A stretch of 64,000 nt of DNA from Marsupella aquatica. Taxonomy: Eukaryota; Plantae; Marchantiophyta. The position numbers were made by a program, and so were the translations under genes. The notes below the pieces were generated by a model. The model made no database searches. It was not told the DNA's origin and saw only the letters and a program-made list of their open reading frames with translations. The stretch spans positions 27,910,210 to 27,974,209 of the forward strand of contig OZ316893.1 of the NCBI GenBank assembly GCA_973895155.1. Direction: 5' to 3'. Positions 52,366-64,000 of the stretch are shown piece by piece. The stretch's first letter is position 1, and every line of letters begins with the position of its first letter.

Positions 52366-53241
52366 TTCTCCGTACTATATTAACAGTTGCGGCCGTATTA
52401 TATCCGATCAATGAGTGCTATTCCCCTCTTTGTAATCGGTTGGAGAGACGTTACTCATTGCGAACGACGAGATTCAATTTTATTTATCCGTGACAGAAAG
52501 CCGACAATTTAGAAATTGCGATAAGTATTAATGTGAATTACGCTAAAATGTTGTCGTGATCATCACGCTAAATATTAGTTACTGTTAAATGTTACCGTTG
52601 TCTCAACACCTTTCAGACAGAATGCAATGCCAGCGTCGGGCGCTAACGAAGAAGTGACTACCAAATTCAAACACTTATTGGTGAACAAATGCTAGCGCCC
52701 GGCGCTAGCCATTTGAATAATTTGATTAACGTTCTATTTTAGTACCAGATATTATCAACAAACTTCCAAATGTACTCGTTTCACCCGTAACTAAACTTTA
52801 CTTGATATTATGGTATTAAGTATATTGTATCAATACTAGCGCCTGGCGCTAGTAACGATTTACTATTTTTGAGCTTTATTTGATCTTGTGATGCAATATT
52901 TTGAAGAAAAAACATTGATATTTCGTGTATGATTATGCTAGCGCTAGGCGCTAGTCACAAGACTTTTCAAAATAAGTCATTGTTTTTTCCAATGATTTTT
53001 AGGTAGCGCCCGACGCTAATGAAATGGATGCACTTGTATAGGCTATTATCTAGTCATATTCATGTAATAAATATTCCTGACACCCGCACTTTCCGGGAAA
53101 AAAGGACAAATGTCTCATTTATGATTTCAACGGACGCAAAGTTGTGCGTGTTCTCTGTCGTATTGGAACGTCTCTTTTAATGGCCGGTGGTCCTTGAAGG
53201 GGTGGTATAAGCAACCAATACGGTCGGGATTGGGTTAGTGC

Positions 53242-54850
53242 ATGAATTTCCTTTGGCCTAAACTTCATTCATCTACAATGTCGCGCTCAATTGTTATTAC
53301 ACGTGCTTGTACCGGGGACGTCGTCAAGGTTCCTGTGCAAGTTTCTGATACTTACAAGCAAGTAAGCAAGACCTACCTGTGCGGGAGATTCGATTTGAGA
53401 ATCAATGACATTGAGTCGATTGTTCTTGAGGAGTCATTGAGTGGAGGACTTGAACCAGCTGCGGCATTTGATGTGGATGACGGAATACGTTTCTGGCACA
53501 TGAATGTAGGACTTCGTTACACGCTTCATGTCAGACCTACTCCTCTTCAATCGGTTGTTCAGGACATTCCGCCCCAGGTTGTTGAAATATCTGAGAGTGA
53601 AGATGAGGAAGTTGCGCCCAATCCTCCTGAGAAGCACAAAGTTCCAGGCTCGAGTTGCCTTAAGAGTGAACCGGTGGCCACTTCCGGAGGTGTCCAGAAG
53701 GTTTACCGGCGGAGTGCAATGGACGCCCTACTCAAGGCCATGGGCCATAGTGAACTGTCAAGATTTATCTCGGTAGGGGACTTCCGACACGATCAAGTTC
53801 CTTGTTTGCCAAACAAGTACAAAGGAAATGTTGTATTTGAATTGCCTCCCATTGTGGGAATGCAGTCCAAAGGATCTAGACTTCGTGACATGGACCGTGC
53901 CAAAGATTGTTACATTTGGACCAGGGATTTTCCAATGACCGCAAACGTGCAACCAAAGAAACACTGGGAGTTTGGTAAAGTCACTTGTACTAGGTTCGTC
54001 GAGTGCGGAAACAAGTCCTGTGAATATTTTTGGCAAAAGAAGAGATGCAATCAAAAGCGTGGGCTGGTACCCCTAAGCTTAGTGGCCAGCATGTGGTGGG
54101 TTCGTTCATTGAAGAGGGTGGTATAGTATGTCACTACTGTGAACAGATTCCTTTCTATGTGGACTCTTGCCCTGCTCGCTTGTTCTATATGTATCCACAG
54201 GTTCTACTTGATACAGAAACCTGTAGACACATGTCTCGGCTCGCAGTTCATATAGGTGAACATAACCATCCGAGTAGAAAAGTTTTCTCGAGGAGCGCTG
54301 AAAAGATGGCCAAGGACTTAATAAAAAGAAATCACGAAGCCAATCCTCTTGCAAAGCCGGCTGGGATTTTGAATTCGACGACTGGTTCGCTTGTGAAAGC
54401 TCTTTGCGAGAACATTGACGACATCGTAGATATTGAAGAAACAGAAATTTGGAAGTCTCTCATGGTTCTCTCTTCTCCTCAGAAATTTGCATCCCTTTGT
54501 CGTAGCGTTTGAATGGACCAAGCTGGTCGTGGTGAGTTAGATTTCCTAGCTTGAATGCAAAGGTCAAATAATATTTCTTTCCTCCAAAGGTATCTTCTGT
54601 CGGGTCAGGGTTGTTTAGCAGATCCGCCCCACATATTCAAAATGTCAGTCAAGGGTCATGGATCTGGTGTAGATCTTCTACGGCAGATGCAACCTAGCGA
54701 AAGACTGGAAGGGGCTTGGGTGAGTTTTGATGTCATGAAGCGAGTGACAACCGACTTTTAGCGCACACGTTTAGCGCACACGTTTACGATCACAACTTTC
54801 GAGCTCTTTGTACAATATTCACATGCGAACTAAAAGCTGAGGATGTAGTT
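53242..54850 (+). pseudogene. Mutator-like (MULE) transposase, degenerate, truncated by LTR insertion
   Basis: A WRKY/GCM1-type zinc finger (CGNKSC…CHYC…CPARLF…HIGEHNHP) is followed by AWVSFDVMKRV…AHVYDHNFRALCTIFTCELKAED, resembling the start of the MULE DDE domain. Frameshift and stops are present. Confidence 0.6.
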
Positions 54851-55759
54851 TGTTATGAAGAACCAAAAACACACTTAAAGGTCCTCAAACTCGGTATTCA
54901 TTCCCGTAAAGAACAAGATGGGGTTGATTTGATACATAAAAACACAAATGAGAGTTTAAGAACTCTCTTTAACACATAGTAATCAGGATTGATTACTTTA
55001 CTAAGGTATTTTGAAGATCGCTCGACAGCGGTGAGTGGTTTTTAATGACAACTCAGCATCATGTAACCATAAATTAATGAAAAGGAAATGATTAACAAAA
55101 CACAAGGAAAAATATCTCAAAGTATGCTAAGGGAGTCTGGAATAGACCAAGGTTACTCCTTAGACATAAGTTAAAATGAAAAGACTTAAGGATTCAAATC
55201 CATATTGCTTTTCAGATCTAAATTGCTTACTAGAGTACTCTTTTAAAATGCCGTCAACATGTCTTATCCTTTCTTTCTAAATGGTACTCAGATAAGATCT
55301 AAAAGGTAGCTACTTCAACATTTAGGTGGTACTAAGCAACATGAAAGAAAATCCATCACTTTCAAATAAGACTTAAACTCAGTGAGTTAACTCTAAGAAC
55401 TCAGGAGATTGTAATGAGTCACCAAAGAGGAATTTGTCATCAGATCTCATAAGATTTACACAATTGGAATTTTACTTCCCATGATTTATTCAAAGGATTA
55501 AACCACAAGAAGGAGGAAAGTCTTCTCCTGGTGTCAAGCTTGATCTCGAACTCTTAACATTCATGATCAACTGGCAGAACACCAAGGAAAGGCAAAAATT
55601 GCTAAACTTTACCATCATCTACACTAGTGGTAGAGGGGTCTTATAGTAAAAATCTACTGAGTGAGAGGTCACAGGGTCGAAGAGACATGCCTCTTCATAC
55701 CCCTCAAAATTTTAAAATGGCGATTCAGTAAGTGAAAAGCCGGAAAAATGGCTAAGTAT

Positions 55760-55866
55760 GAACTCGTAACTAGTAAACTATTAACTCGTAATCGGCTGTC
55801 TATCGGAACTCGTAATCGGAAACTAGTAACTCTTAAACTAGTAAAAGCTAAGTCGTAACTCGTAAT
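55760..55866. repeat. Degenerate heptamer repeats TAACTCG/TAACTAG
   Basis: The same heptamer array recurs at ~63320-63445. Confidence 0.75.
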
Positions 55867-56161
55867 CGCGGTAAAGTAAAGACTTGATGAATTCAACTAT
55901 TTTTAACTTCCTAACTATAAGTCAGAAAACTCTGAGATTTTTCCAGGAGGTTTTCCTAGGTACAGATTATACACTAAAGAAGTATGACAGCTTCCAAAGC
56001 TCTAGAATGCATTTCTAAAAATCAGATAAGATGCACTACTCTAAAAACTAACTAAAAGACTTCTTCAAGCTTGCTGTCGGATGTTGTCGGGTTCCAGCAA
56101 CTCCACAAGGGTAACAATTTGGTTGTGAGTAACCTCCATCAGTTCAGCTTGGCGTGGGGAT

Positions 56162-59100
56162 TGTGATGCCTAGACAGGAATCACTCGGCCGGTTAAGTGG
56201 GTAAAGCAAGAAGGCACCCTAGGAACACCTTAGTATAGTGACAAAACAAGGAAAATATAAACAATTAGGGGCAACCATGGAACCCGGGCAGAGGCCGGAG
56301 GTAAGGCTAAGGGTGAAAACCCGATTAGGGTTAGGGCGCGTTAAGCGTCGGCGGCTAGGAAGGATCAACGGGAAGAAGGACCGGCAGAGGAGAGGGGTAA
56401 GGAGCGCTTGCAGGAGATGGTGGCTCATTTGTGAGCACGAACTAGGCAGACGACTACGGGAGGCCAACTACTGTCAGCTGCTTAGGCAAGCACTCGGGGA
56501 GAGAGTAGATACCGACGATCGACCTAAGGAGGGTATGAGCAACGTCAATCAAGCGGCACATTTCTGGGGATGCCTGTTCGAACGGGCAACTGAGTACATC
56601 AAGACTTACGAGGACGAGGAATCAGAAAGGGCAGCTCGAGAACGGCAGGAGCTCGCTCGATTGTGGGAGCTGCAAAAGACGGCTTTCTTAGGAGGCGAAC
56701 TCATCAAGGACGAGTTCCTGTGGACGCCTACTTCCAATCAACTCGACGATCTTCTGTTTTGCAAAGACAGCGTCGTCGGCATCCGAGAGGCCATCAAGAA
56801 CTGCAACGACATACACTGGGAATTAAAGGGTAGCACGGAAAGGTGGACCCAGGCAACGGTGCTAGGAGAAACCTCCACGGCAGCAGAGATGAAGAGGAAG
56901 GGAGCCGTCAACGATGAAGCCACCCCGGCAAAAAGAACAAGGTCGGCGGCACCAAAGAAGCCAGCCGAGCAGCAGAGCAGGAGGCAGGGAGAAGCCGAAG
57001 AGGAGGAGGTCGATCCCATCAAGGCCATTCCAACCAGGGATGACACCTGGAAGGGCTGGGCGGCAACCCTACCGGTGGAGGTGCAACTACATTTTGCACG
57101 GGAGGAGGATGCATGCTTTACGGCCATGCAGACCAAGAAGTACCAAGGCTTCATGGCCGGATCCGGCTTGGAGGCCTTTGTAAGATTACCATGGCTGAAG
57201 CCGGAGGTACCGGAGTCAGACCTATTAGAATTCGTGGGGTCATGGGAACCCGAGACCAATTGCACGAGGATATATGGGAAGGATTTCTATCTTACTCCCA
57301 AGGTAATTGCCGAAGTGTTTGGCCTGCCGATAGGCAATAAGACCAAAGTTGATACCAGGAAGACCTTGCCTGACAAGGAGTTCCGGTCGTTCCCCGGGCC
57401 ATCAACGAAGAATGGCTTCTTCCGGAACACCTGCACCAACCCGCACATAGGAGAGATGATCGACTTCTTGCGGGTGACCATGCATTGTAACTTGCCGAGG
57501 GCAGAGATCGGCAAGGCACAGGTCTATCTGGCAGAAAGGCCAGACCCAAGCCGGGACTACAACGGGTACCTCCTCAACCAATTGAAGAAGATCTTAAAGG
57601 AGGAGCAGCAGGTAATCGGCATGGGGAGCGTGTCGCGGCTTGGCTATCACATGCCGCTGTTGTGCCGGTATGCCAGAGGTCAGACTTTTGCCCCGGTACT
57701 TCCCCTGCAGGTAAGGGCACCTGAGGAAGCTCCAACGCCGAGGCCGTTGGCTGAGAAGCCTCAACCACCTGTTAGTCCTACGATCGAGCAGGTGTTTAGG
57801 CCCAGGAAGGAAGACTTGCCGATGCAGCAACCAGGCATGCAGAGTCTGCTGAAACTACTGGAGAAAGAAAGGAAATCGGCATCGGCAACAACAACGGCAA
57901 CGGCAACAATGCAGGACACTACTACAGAGGTAGGCCTACACCGGCTCACAAGAGAAAACCCCTTTGCTGGAGACAAGGAGAGAATCAGGCCGGAATCCAA
58001 GCCAGGTGTTCGAATGTACGTGGGAACCTCAAGCTCCGAATCTGAGGCAGAATTGCCTGAAGCTCCTACCGACGAAGAGGAGAGGGAGAAGCCGGACGTC
58101 CAAGAGGTAGAGGAGGCAGTGGAGGACTGCAGCCATGATAATTCCGGCTATGGGTCGGACCATCACGTTCCAGGAGTAAGGACCTGTGGCCGGTTTGTCC
58201 CCACACTTCCAAGGGTAGTGCAAGGGGACCCCAACCAGCAGAGTAGCCCTGAGTCTCCCCCACCAGATGTTGCTCCCCCGAGCTTCGACGGCATAAAACA
58301 GACGGTGCAGGAATTTCAGGAGCGAATCAAGCAGGAGGAAGAGGCCGCCCTGGCTAAGGAAAAGGATTTACCAGGAGGAGATTGGCCGGAGGACATCAGG
58401 TGGCTAGCCGAAAAAGGAAGCAAACCTCTAGCCACGATTGAAGAGATCCGCAGGACGGCTTGGGAGCAGAGGCCACGATGGGCGATGCCGATCACTTCTA
58501 CTTACTCCACCTACGCTAAGAATAGAGCCATGGAGTATGGTGAGATGTGTGGGGAACTTGCGCTCGGCATCTTTGGAGAGGAGTTGGAGGTAGGACCCTT
58601 TTTCCATAGGGAGCAGTTGGAGAAGCACCAATTAGAAGAAGTGGTGGCTTTAGAGAGAAGCAAGAAGGACGAGGTCATTCGGCGGCTTAGGAGGATGGAA
58701 GCCAAGATTGAAGATCTAAGGGCGGCCAAGAAAGCCCAAGATGAACTGCGGATTAAACGACATGAGCTGAACATCATGCAGGGGCAGTTGGACACCGCGC
58801 AGGCTGATAATCAGAATATCAAGGATAAACTGACTCAGACGCAGGAAGAGTTGGCCGACACGATCAAAGAGAGGGAGAAGTGGAAGCAAGAGCTGAAGAA
58901 TACAGAGGAGGCCCACATAACAGCCAACAGCCGGGCCATGGCGGAGACCCAAAGAAAGGAATGGGCGTTGAAAGGGGAGCTCGAGAAAATCCGCGGAGCC
59001 CTTGAGCAGAAGGAGGTCGAGTTAGGGAAATCCTATCAAGGGATTATGGCGCTGCAGCAGGAGCTTGCGTCCCTGACGGCCAGCTTCAAGGCCGACCTAA

Positions 59101-60821
59101 GGGAGAAGGACGAGATGCTCGAATAGACTTACGCCAAGATGAACCAGATGGAGTCTGTCATCATTGCAGAGCTCGACAAGGAGCTAAGAGCAACCCGGGA
59201 GGAGAGGGCTACCTTGAAGAAGGAATTGGAGGAAGCCCACAGGGAGCAGGAGGAGGCCAAAAACGAGCTGGAGGGGGCACGTAAGGACCTGGATGAAACC
59301 CAAGAGGAGTTGGAGGAAATCACGAGGAAGATGGAGAACCTACAGCGGCGGGCCGACAACCAAACAGAGCGGCTGAAGAAACAAGCCGCAGTATTTAAAT
59401 GCTTAGCTGCAGCAGGTCCATCTCCCGTTGGGACAAACCAGTTACCAGGGGTGGTAATTGCCGAAGGACAAGCCGCGTCAACTGCACCAGTGCCGGAAGT
59501 AAGTGGGAAGGGGAAGGGACCAGCTGCCGAGCCACCAACGAAGAAGAAGCGGAAACCTTCAGGGTCAAGGAGTAATACGACTTCACAGGCCGTGGTGATC
59601 AAGGAGGTAGACCCAGCACCGACCCCAGACAGGGTCACGGCTAAGGATCCAACTACCCTAGGGGAAGGGGAGGCCGAAGCCGTGGGAGTGGCTGAGGCCG
59701 AAGCCGTGGGAGTGGCTGAGGCCGAAGCCGTGGGTATTGCCGAGGCCGGTGTCGAGGCTGAAGCCGAAGGTGGACCCAGTCAGGCCGATGGAGAGTTGAC
59801 TCGGTCAAGGGCAGGTAATCTGTCAGTAGGCGGGCCAACGGCAGTGGCTGAGGAGGAAGTGTTGGGGGCGTCCATTGAGGATCCACCACCGGTGTCGTGA
59901 CGGTGCAAGGGCGCCGTTCCTTTTAGGGAGGGCGGACGTGGAGGGAGGAGGCGTGAGTGGGCAGGGCGGGCGCGGATCTCCACGTTTAGGATTAGGATCA
60001 GAACCAGGAGCGGCCCTGACACTTAGCTTAGTGGGATTGCGGTCCCACTGGTAGGAGCAACACTTGTGCTCCTGCCTTGCTGTACATAGGTAGATTCGGG
60101 CAAGTAGATTACTGTCAGGTAGATTAGGCTTACGATGCAAAGAATGGTGGATCCACTACCAGGATAAGTACCTGGGCAGCGGGGAGCTCAGGGCCTCTTC
60201 TTTAGCAAGTTTTTAGTTTGCACCAGCCGGGTTGGGATCAAGTAGTACGAGAAGCTCTCGGTTAGTCATACAGTGACCCTTGTGTATATTCATGTTTCCT
60301 CATGCCTAAGAGCTGAATAGAGTTGGCCTCACGGCTTAGTTCGCAGAACTTGTGTATGAGATGTACTGTTTGTATGGCAAGTGCATGGTATGACTCAGTC
60401 AGAATGAGTCATTTTGCTATTTGTGTGTCGCATTAACTTGTGTGAAGAGTGCCCACATCAACAGAAGGAAGGAAAGTAAGCAGGGGAGTGAGAGTTGGAT
60501 GTGTCGAGCTGAGAGAGGTCTTAGCGGCTTAACCAAGCCTATTGGGGATCATTCCGGCGGCGGAATCCAAACATACCTAACAAGACAGAGGGGAAGACAG
60601 GGGAAGACAGGGGAAGGCCTATATTAGGCCGGCTACGTATCTCATGACCCGATGAAGGATCTGTCCAGTATATGTGTGTAAAATGTTAATAGTAGTAGTA
60701 GAAGGTTAGCAGCGTCCCATGCCGCTAAGCCGCGGAAACGGCCTCGCCAAGCACAAAACCTGCGGGAATCGGCTTGAGCTGGGGGGTTTCTTGGGTTTAG
60801 GGAGCCATGGGACGCACCACA
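56162..60821 (+). mobile_element. 4.66-kb solo-LTR-like unit (TG...CA, TSD GGGAT) with ~1200-codon ORF
   Basis: TGTGATGC…GCACCACA; GGGAT lies at 56157-56161 and 60822-60826. It shares TTCCGGCGGCGGAA…CAAAC(C)ATACCTAA with the 16772/18510 family. Confidence 0.88.
56238..59900 (+). CDS. LTR-enclosed ORF: PMD/plant-transposon-protein-like domain, acidic linker, long coiled coil; one in-frame TAG at 59124
   Basis: 56238-59126 and 59139-59900 are in the same frame. SGLEAFVRLPW…LLEFV…IYGKDFYLTPKVIAEVFGLP; 24-bp repeats encode AEAEAVGV. The true start codon is uncertain. Confidence 0.7.
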
Positions 60822-63789
60822 GGGATCCTCTGGAGTATGGTAGGCACCTCAGTTGTCTCTCAGGATACATCAAAGGCATCCTCTTCATCAAATAACATGA
60901 ATCAATACGAAGGGCTTCTCTGTATATCCCGATCACATCATAGTTGTTGCAGGTAGCAGCATATACTTGGGGATAATGGTACAGGAACTCATCACTACTC
61001 ATCATCCTGGAATAGAAAGGTCGAAGTCTCCATTTGACATCTCTGAAATATCGGTTGAATTCAGCTAGAGTCTGAGAAGTGACATTATTCCAGATCCTCT
61101 GTTTCTCAGCCAATGTACTGGTTAAAACAAGGGTAACCTTAGGTCTTTGTGGTATGTAATCGTGTTGTAGAGTAGTAGACTTCTTGCTCTGCATCAGGAA
61201 GGAAACCACAAAATCCAAGGCATAGGCTGCAAAGTTTCCAAAGTATGCCAGAACTAAGTCTGAATCCTCTACCTCTACATCACCTTGGAGTAGCATCATA
61301 GCAAGAATAGGCCGAAAGTATATTGAGTCAATCCAGAACTCATCAAATTGTGTCATTTCCACTCTAGAAGTACCAAGACACCTAAGATCGAAGATGTAGC
61401 TTGCCTCAGTCTTCTTTAGATAGGAGTATCTCCAGAACTCTCCAACCGGTGGTCTGTTGGCCTGCATTATTTTGCAAGTGGTGGCATACCTATGCACTTC
61501 TGACTCAGGACGTCTAGGGTACCTGCTTTCGATAGTAGCATTCCGAGGTGTTTGAGTAGATGAAGTGACAACTGCTACAAAGTCTGGATTGGATCTTAAG
61601 GCAGTATCAACATCTTCAAATCCTTGCCTTGGGGATGACTCAAGAGAATTATCATAAGATCTTTAAGTTTCACCATCTGAGGGTGGATCAGAGTCTTCAG
61701 GTAGATCTTTTCTGTCAAAAGGGTGCTCATATTGTGACCGATTGTAGGTGGGTCCTTCTGTGGGTTCGTAGTTAGAATCAGGGCTGTAAGGTTGCAAACC
61801 TAGGCTAGGAGTAGGACTAGCAGTTGGACATTGTTGGATCAAGTTGCGGACCACAAATGCCATCTGTTGAGGTTCACACTGTAGTAGTTCTAACAAGTCA
61901 TCCACAATGGCCACACAGCTGATACTATCTGTTACTGGAATAGGCTCACTTGTTTCTAGGGGAGGGGGGTGTACAGTGACAAGAGTACAGATCACAAATT
62001 CCATTGGTGCTGGTTCTCTTGGGGGAGAGGTCATTCTGACAGGACTTAGCTGATCATGAAATGGTGATCTCAAACTAACAGCCTCCATTCTCAAATTATT
62101 AACAGCGTCGTATAGTCCATCATTACTGCAACTGAGGAGAGATGTCAACTTATCAATAAGTTGCTGATTCAACTCTGCCTTCGAAGGAGTGGAGGAGTTG
62201 GTCCTTAGGTTGACAGTTGCAAGAGCCAGTTCAGCACCGTCGGCTGATTGCTCAGGAGAATCTCTGTCTTCTCCAGCTCCAGGTTGATCTCTCATATTAA
62301 CTCTTGGTGAATACACCACGTTATGCAGAGGGTGTCGAACCAGCTCTAAGTTATGAGCAGGTGTCCTATCTAATTCCATCTCAGCATCCACATTCTGATC
62401 ATGAGAATCCAGGGGAACAGCATCCACTGGTTCTTCCATACTTAGGTCTTCTTCAATGCCTAACTCAATCAGGAGCAGCCCTCTTTCCGTTTTCTCCTCT
62501 GGATATAAACAATCATAAGCATGATAGAGTTGAGACAAATAAATCTGCAGACGAGTGGGTCTACCTGCCTTCATGGTCCTCACCTGATCCTTCATCACAT
62601 TGAAAATTAGTAGGGCCCAATTCACCTGGACAGATCCACTGTGTGCGGCTACAATTGTATTCACCAAAGCCACTGGACAGATGGTTGGCTTCTTCGGGTG
62701 TAGAATGGGTACTAGAAATTCCAGAAGCACTCTCAAATCTGGATAAATACACTGTGTTAAATTCCAACCATTGGTGAGATTGCGAGTCCCAGAGAAGTAA
62801 GGTGTAGATAAATCTTTCTTCTTCGAATACAATCCTTCTCCTTCTGAAGGGCAGCGGAAGGCATAAGCAATTTGTTCCACAGTCCATAAGCTGGGTCGAG
62901 CTCGAATAGTTTGTCAAAATTCAGGAGCAAGCACTGACCCCTTTACAAAATCCTGCAAATATGTGTCGAGCTCTACTTCCCAAGGAACGGCAAGTAGATG
63001 CTGCAAACCTAGCTGCTGTAAGGAAGTCCGTAAATTTGCATAGCTATCGGGCGCTGGTGGAATTCGGGCGACTATGCTCTTAGGAATTGCCAGAGTGTCA
63101 ACTCGGTACTGTTCATCAATGCCGAGGTTTGCCATAGCTCTCATCCGATATGTTGAGTGCACTAAGGAGTGGGGGAGCTGGTAGAATCAACAGAGGTGGC
63201 AGGAATTAAGTTAGGAGTGAGTGCCCAAAGTCTAATTTGCCTTTTCTTTGATTCGCCTTTGCCATCCCGTTGCTAAGTCCCGTTGGAAGTAGCCGTAAGA
63301 CGTCGTGATCATCGATCGCCAACTCGTAAGGCACAACTCGTAAAGCCCTAACTAGTAAGTCGTAACTAGTATACTCGTAACTAGTATACTGTCGCAACCC
63401 CGTAACTCGTAACTCGTAACTAGTAACTCGTAACTAGTAACTGGAGTTTACTCGTAAACTTACTTTAAACTTGGGAACCGTAACTTGTAGACAGAATGCT
63501 ATCTCCATTCTGTTATCAACAATTAGAGGTTAATGTTGAGCATAGACGACGATCGCAACGGCAAGCCCATGAACCATCCAACGCACAATAGTCGACACAA
63601 GAGATACGTGGTTCACCTCCTTGAGGCTACGTCCACGGGAACACACAAGATAACTTTACTGAACTCTAAGCCCGTCGGCTATACCGAGTCTCCACAGTGT
63701 AAGCTCTCCCTATCTCTCAAGTGGCTCCATAACAATGAGCCTTGGTTCTACCTCTCCAAGCACACATGCCTCTTATGATATAGTGTGCA

Positions 63790-63918
63790 ACTTAGTTGTA
63801 CCTAACCACATAGTTGTACCTAATCACGTAGTTGTACCTAACCACATAGTTGTACCTAATCACGTAGTTGTACCTAACCACGTAGTTGTACCAACCCACG
63901 TTGTTGTACCAACCACGT
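63790..63918. repeat. 18-bp tandem repeat (TAGTTGTACCTAACCACA-like), about 7 copies
   Basis: Directly visible. Confidence 0.9.
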
Positions 63919-64000
63919 CATACCTAACCTAGACGTAAGAGTAAATACCCAACAATCTTCCCCTTGACTCTGGTCTAGGGGAGAGTAATACTGCCAATGT

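Larger units (their letters stand above)
42315..53020. repeat. Dispersed palindrome (CT)AGCGCCNGGCGCT(AG), about 14 copies
   Basis: Copies near 42316, 42478, 42676, 42846, 43120, 43913, 50030, 50072, 51480, 52632, 52692, 52836, 52938 and 53004, essentially all in intergenic or intronic DNA. Confidence 0.85.
54851..64000 (-). mobile_element. Large LTR-type element related to 45019-49072, with antisense ORFs; right end not seen
   Basis: Starts TGTTATG inside the transposase and shares CTCG…TTCATTCCCGT near its start with the 45019 unit. ORFs 63162-61663 (PILHPKKPT…VNWALLIF, homologous to 47598-48218) and 61497-~56070 (split by the 56162-60821 unit). Confidence 0.65.

Noticed and set aside
60706-60821. 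C-terminal part of ORF 60706-61497
   Set aside because: An artefact of read-through into the 56162-60821 insertion; the original frame resumes at 56156.
63983-64000. TAATACTGCCAATG resembles the 5' part of a plant twister ribozyme
   Set aside because: Truncated by the window edge and too short to assess.

Overview
Eukaryotic, intron-containing DNA, most likely a non-seed land plant such as a liverwort (inferred from gene and TE content only). Three host genes are recognisable: a TAF1C-like Pol I factor (409-6549, +), a DUF4228/PADRE gene (10430-11481, -) and a C2-domain SRC2/BAP-like gene (25615-26229, +). The rest is largely nested transposable elements. Four things stand out. (1) A Penelope-like RT element with no visible endonuclease, inserted in a (TC)n tract (32248-~40415). 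Its repeats carry a ~160-nt multi-stem, pseudoknotted RNA motif conserved by covariation between two otherwise unalignable repeat families, with hammerhead-like core strands in a non-canonical order. (2) A Mutator-like transposase, next to a divergently oriented multi-exon gene that fuses a ParB/Srx-like domain to a beta-class N6A/N4C methyltransferase-like domain, with about 14 copies of a CTAGCGCCNGGCGCTAG palindrome in the non-coding DNA. (3) Three 3.9-4.7 kb TG...CA units with 5-bp TSDs that look like solo LTRs but each enclose a long protein-coding region. (4) A 5S rRNA-like promoter split by one of those units. All calls are by eye, with no database search or folding program.
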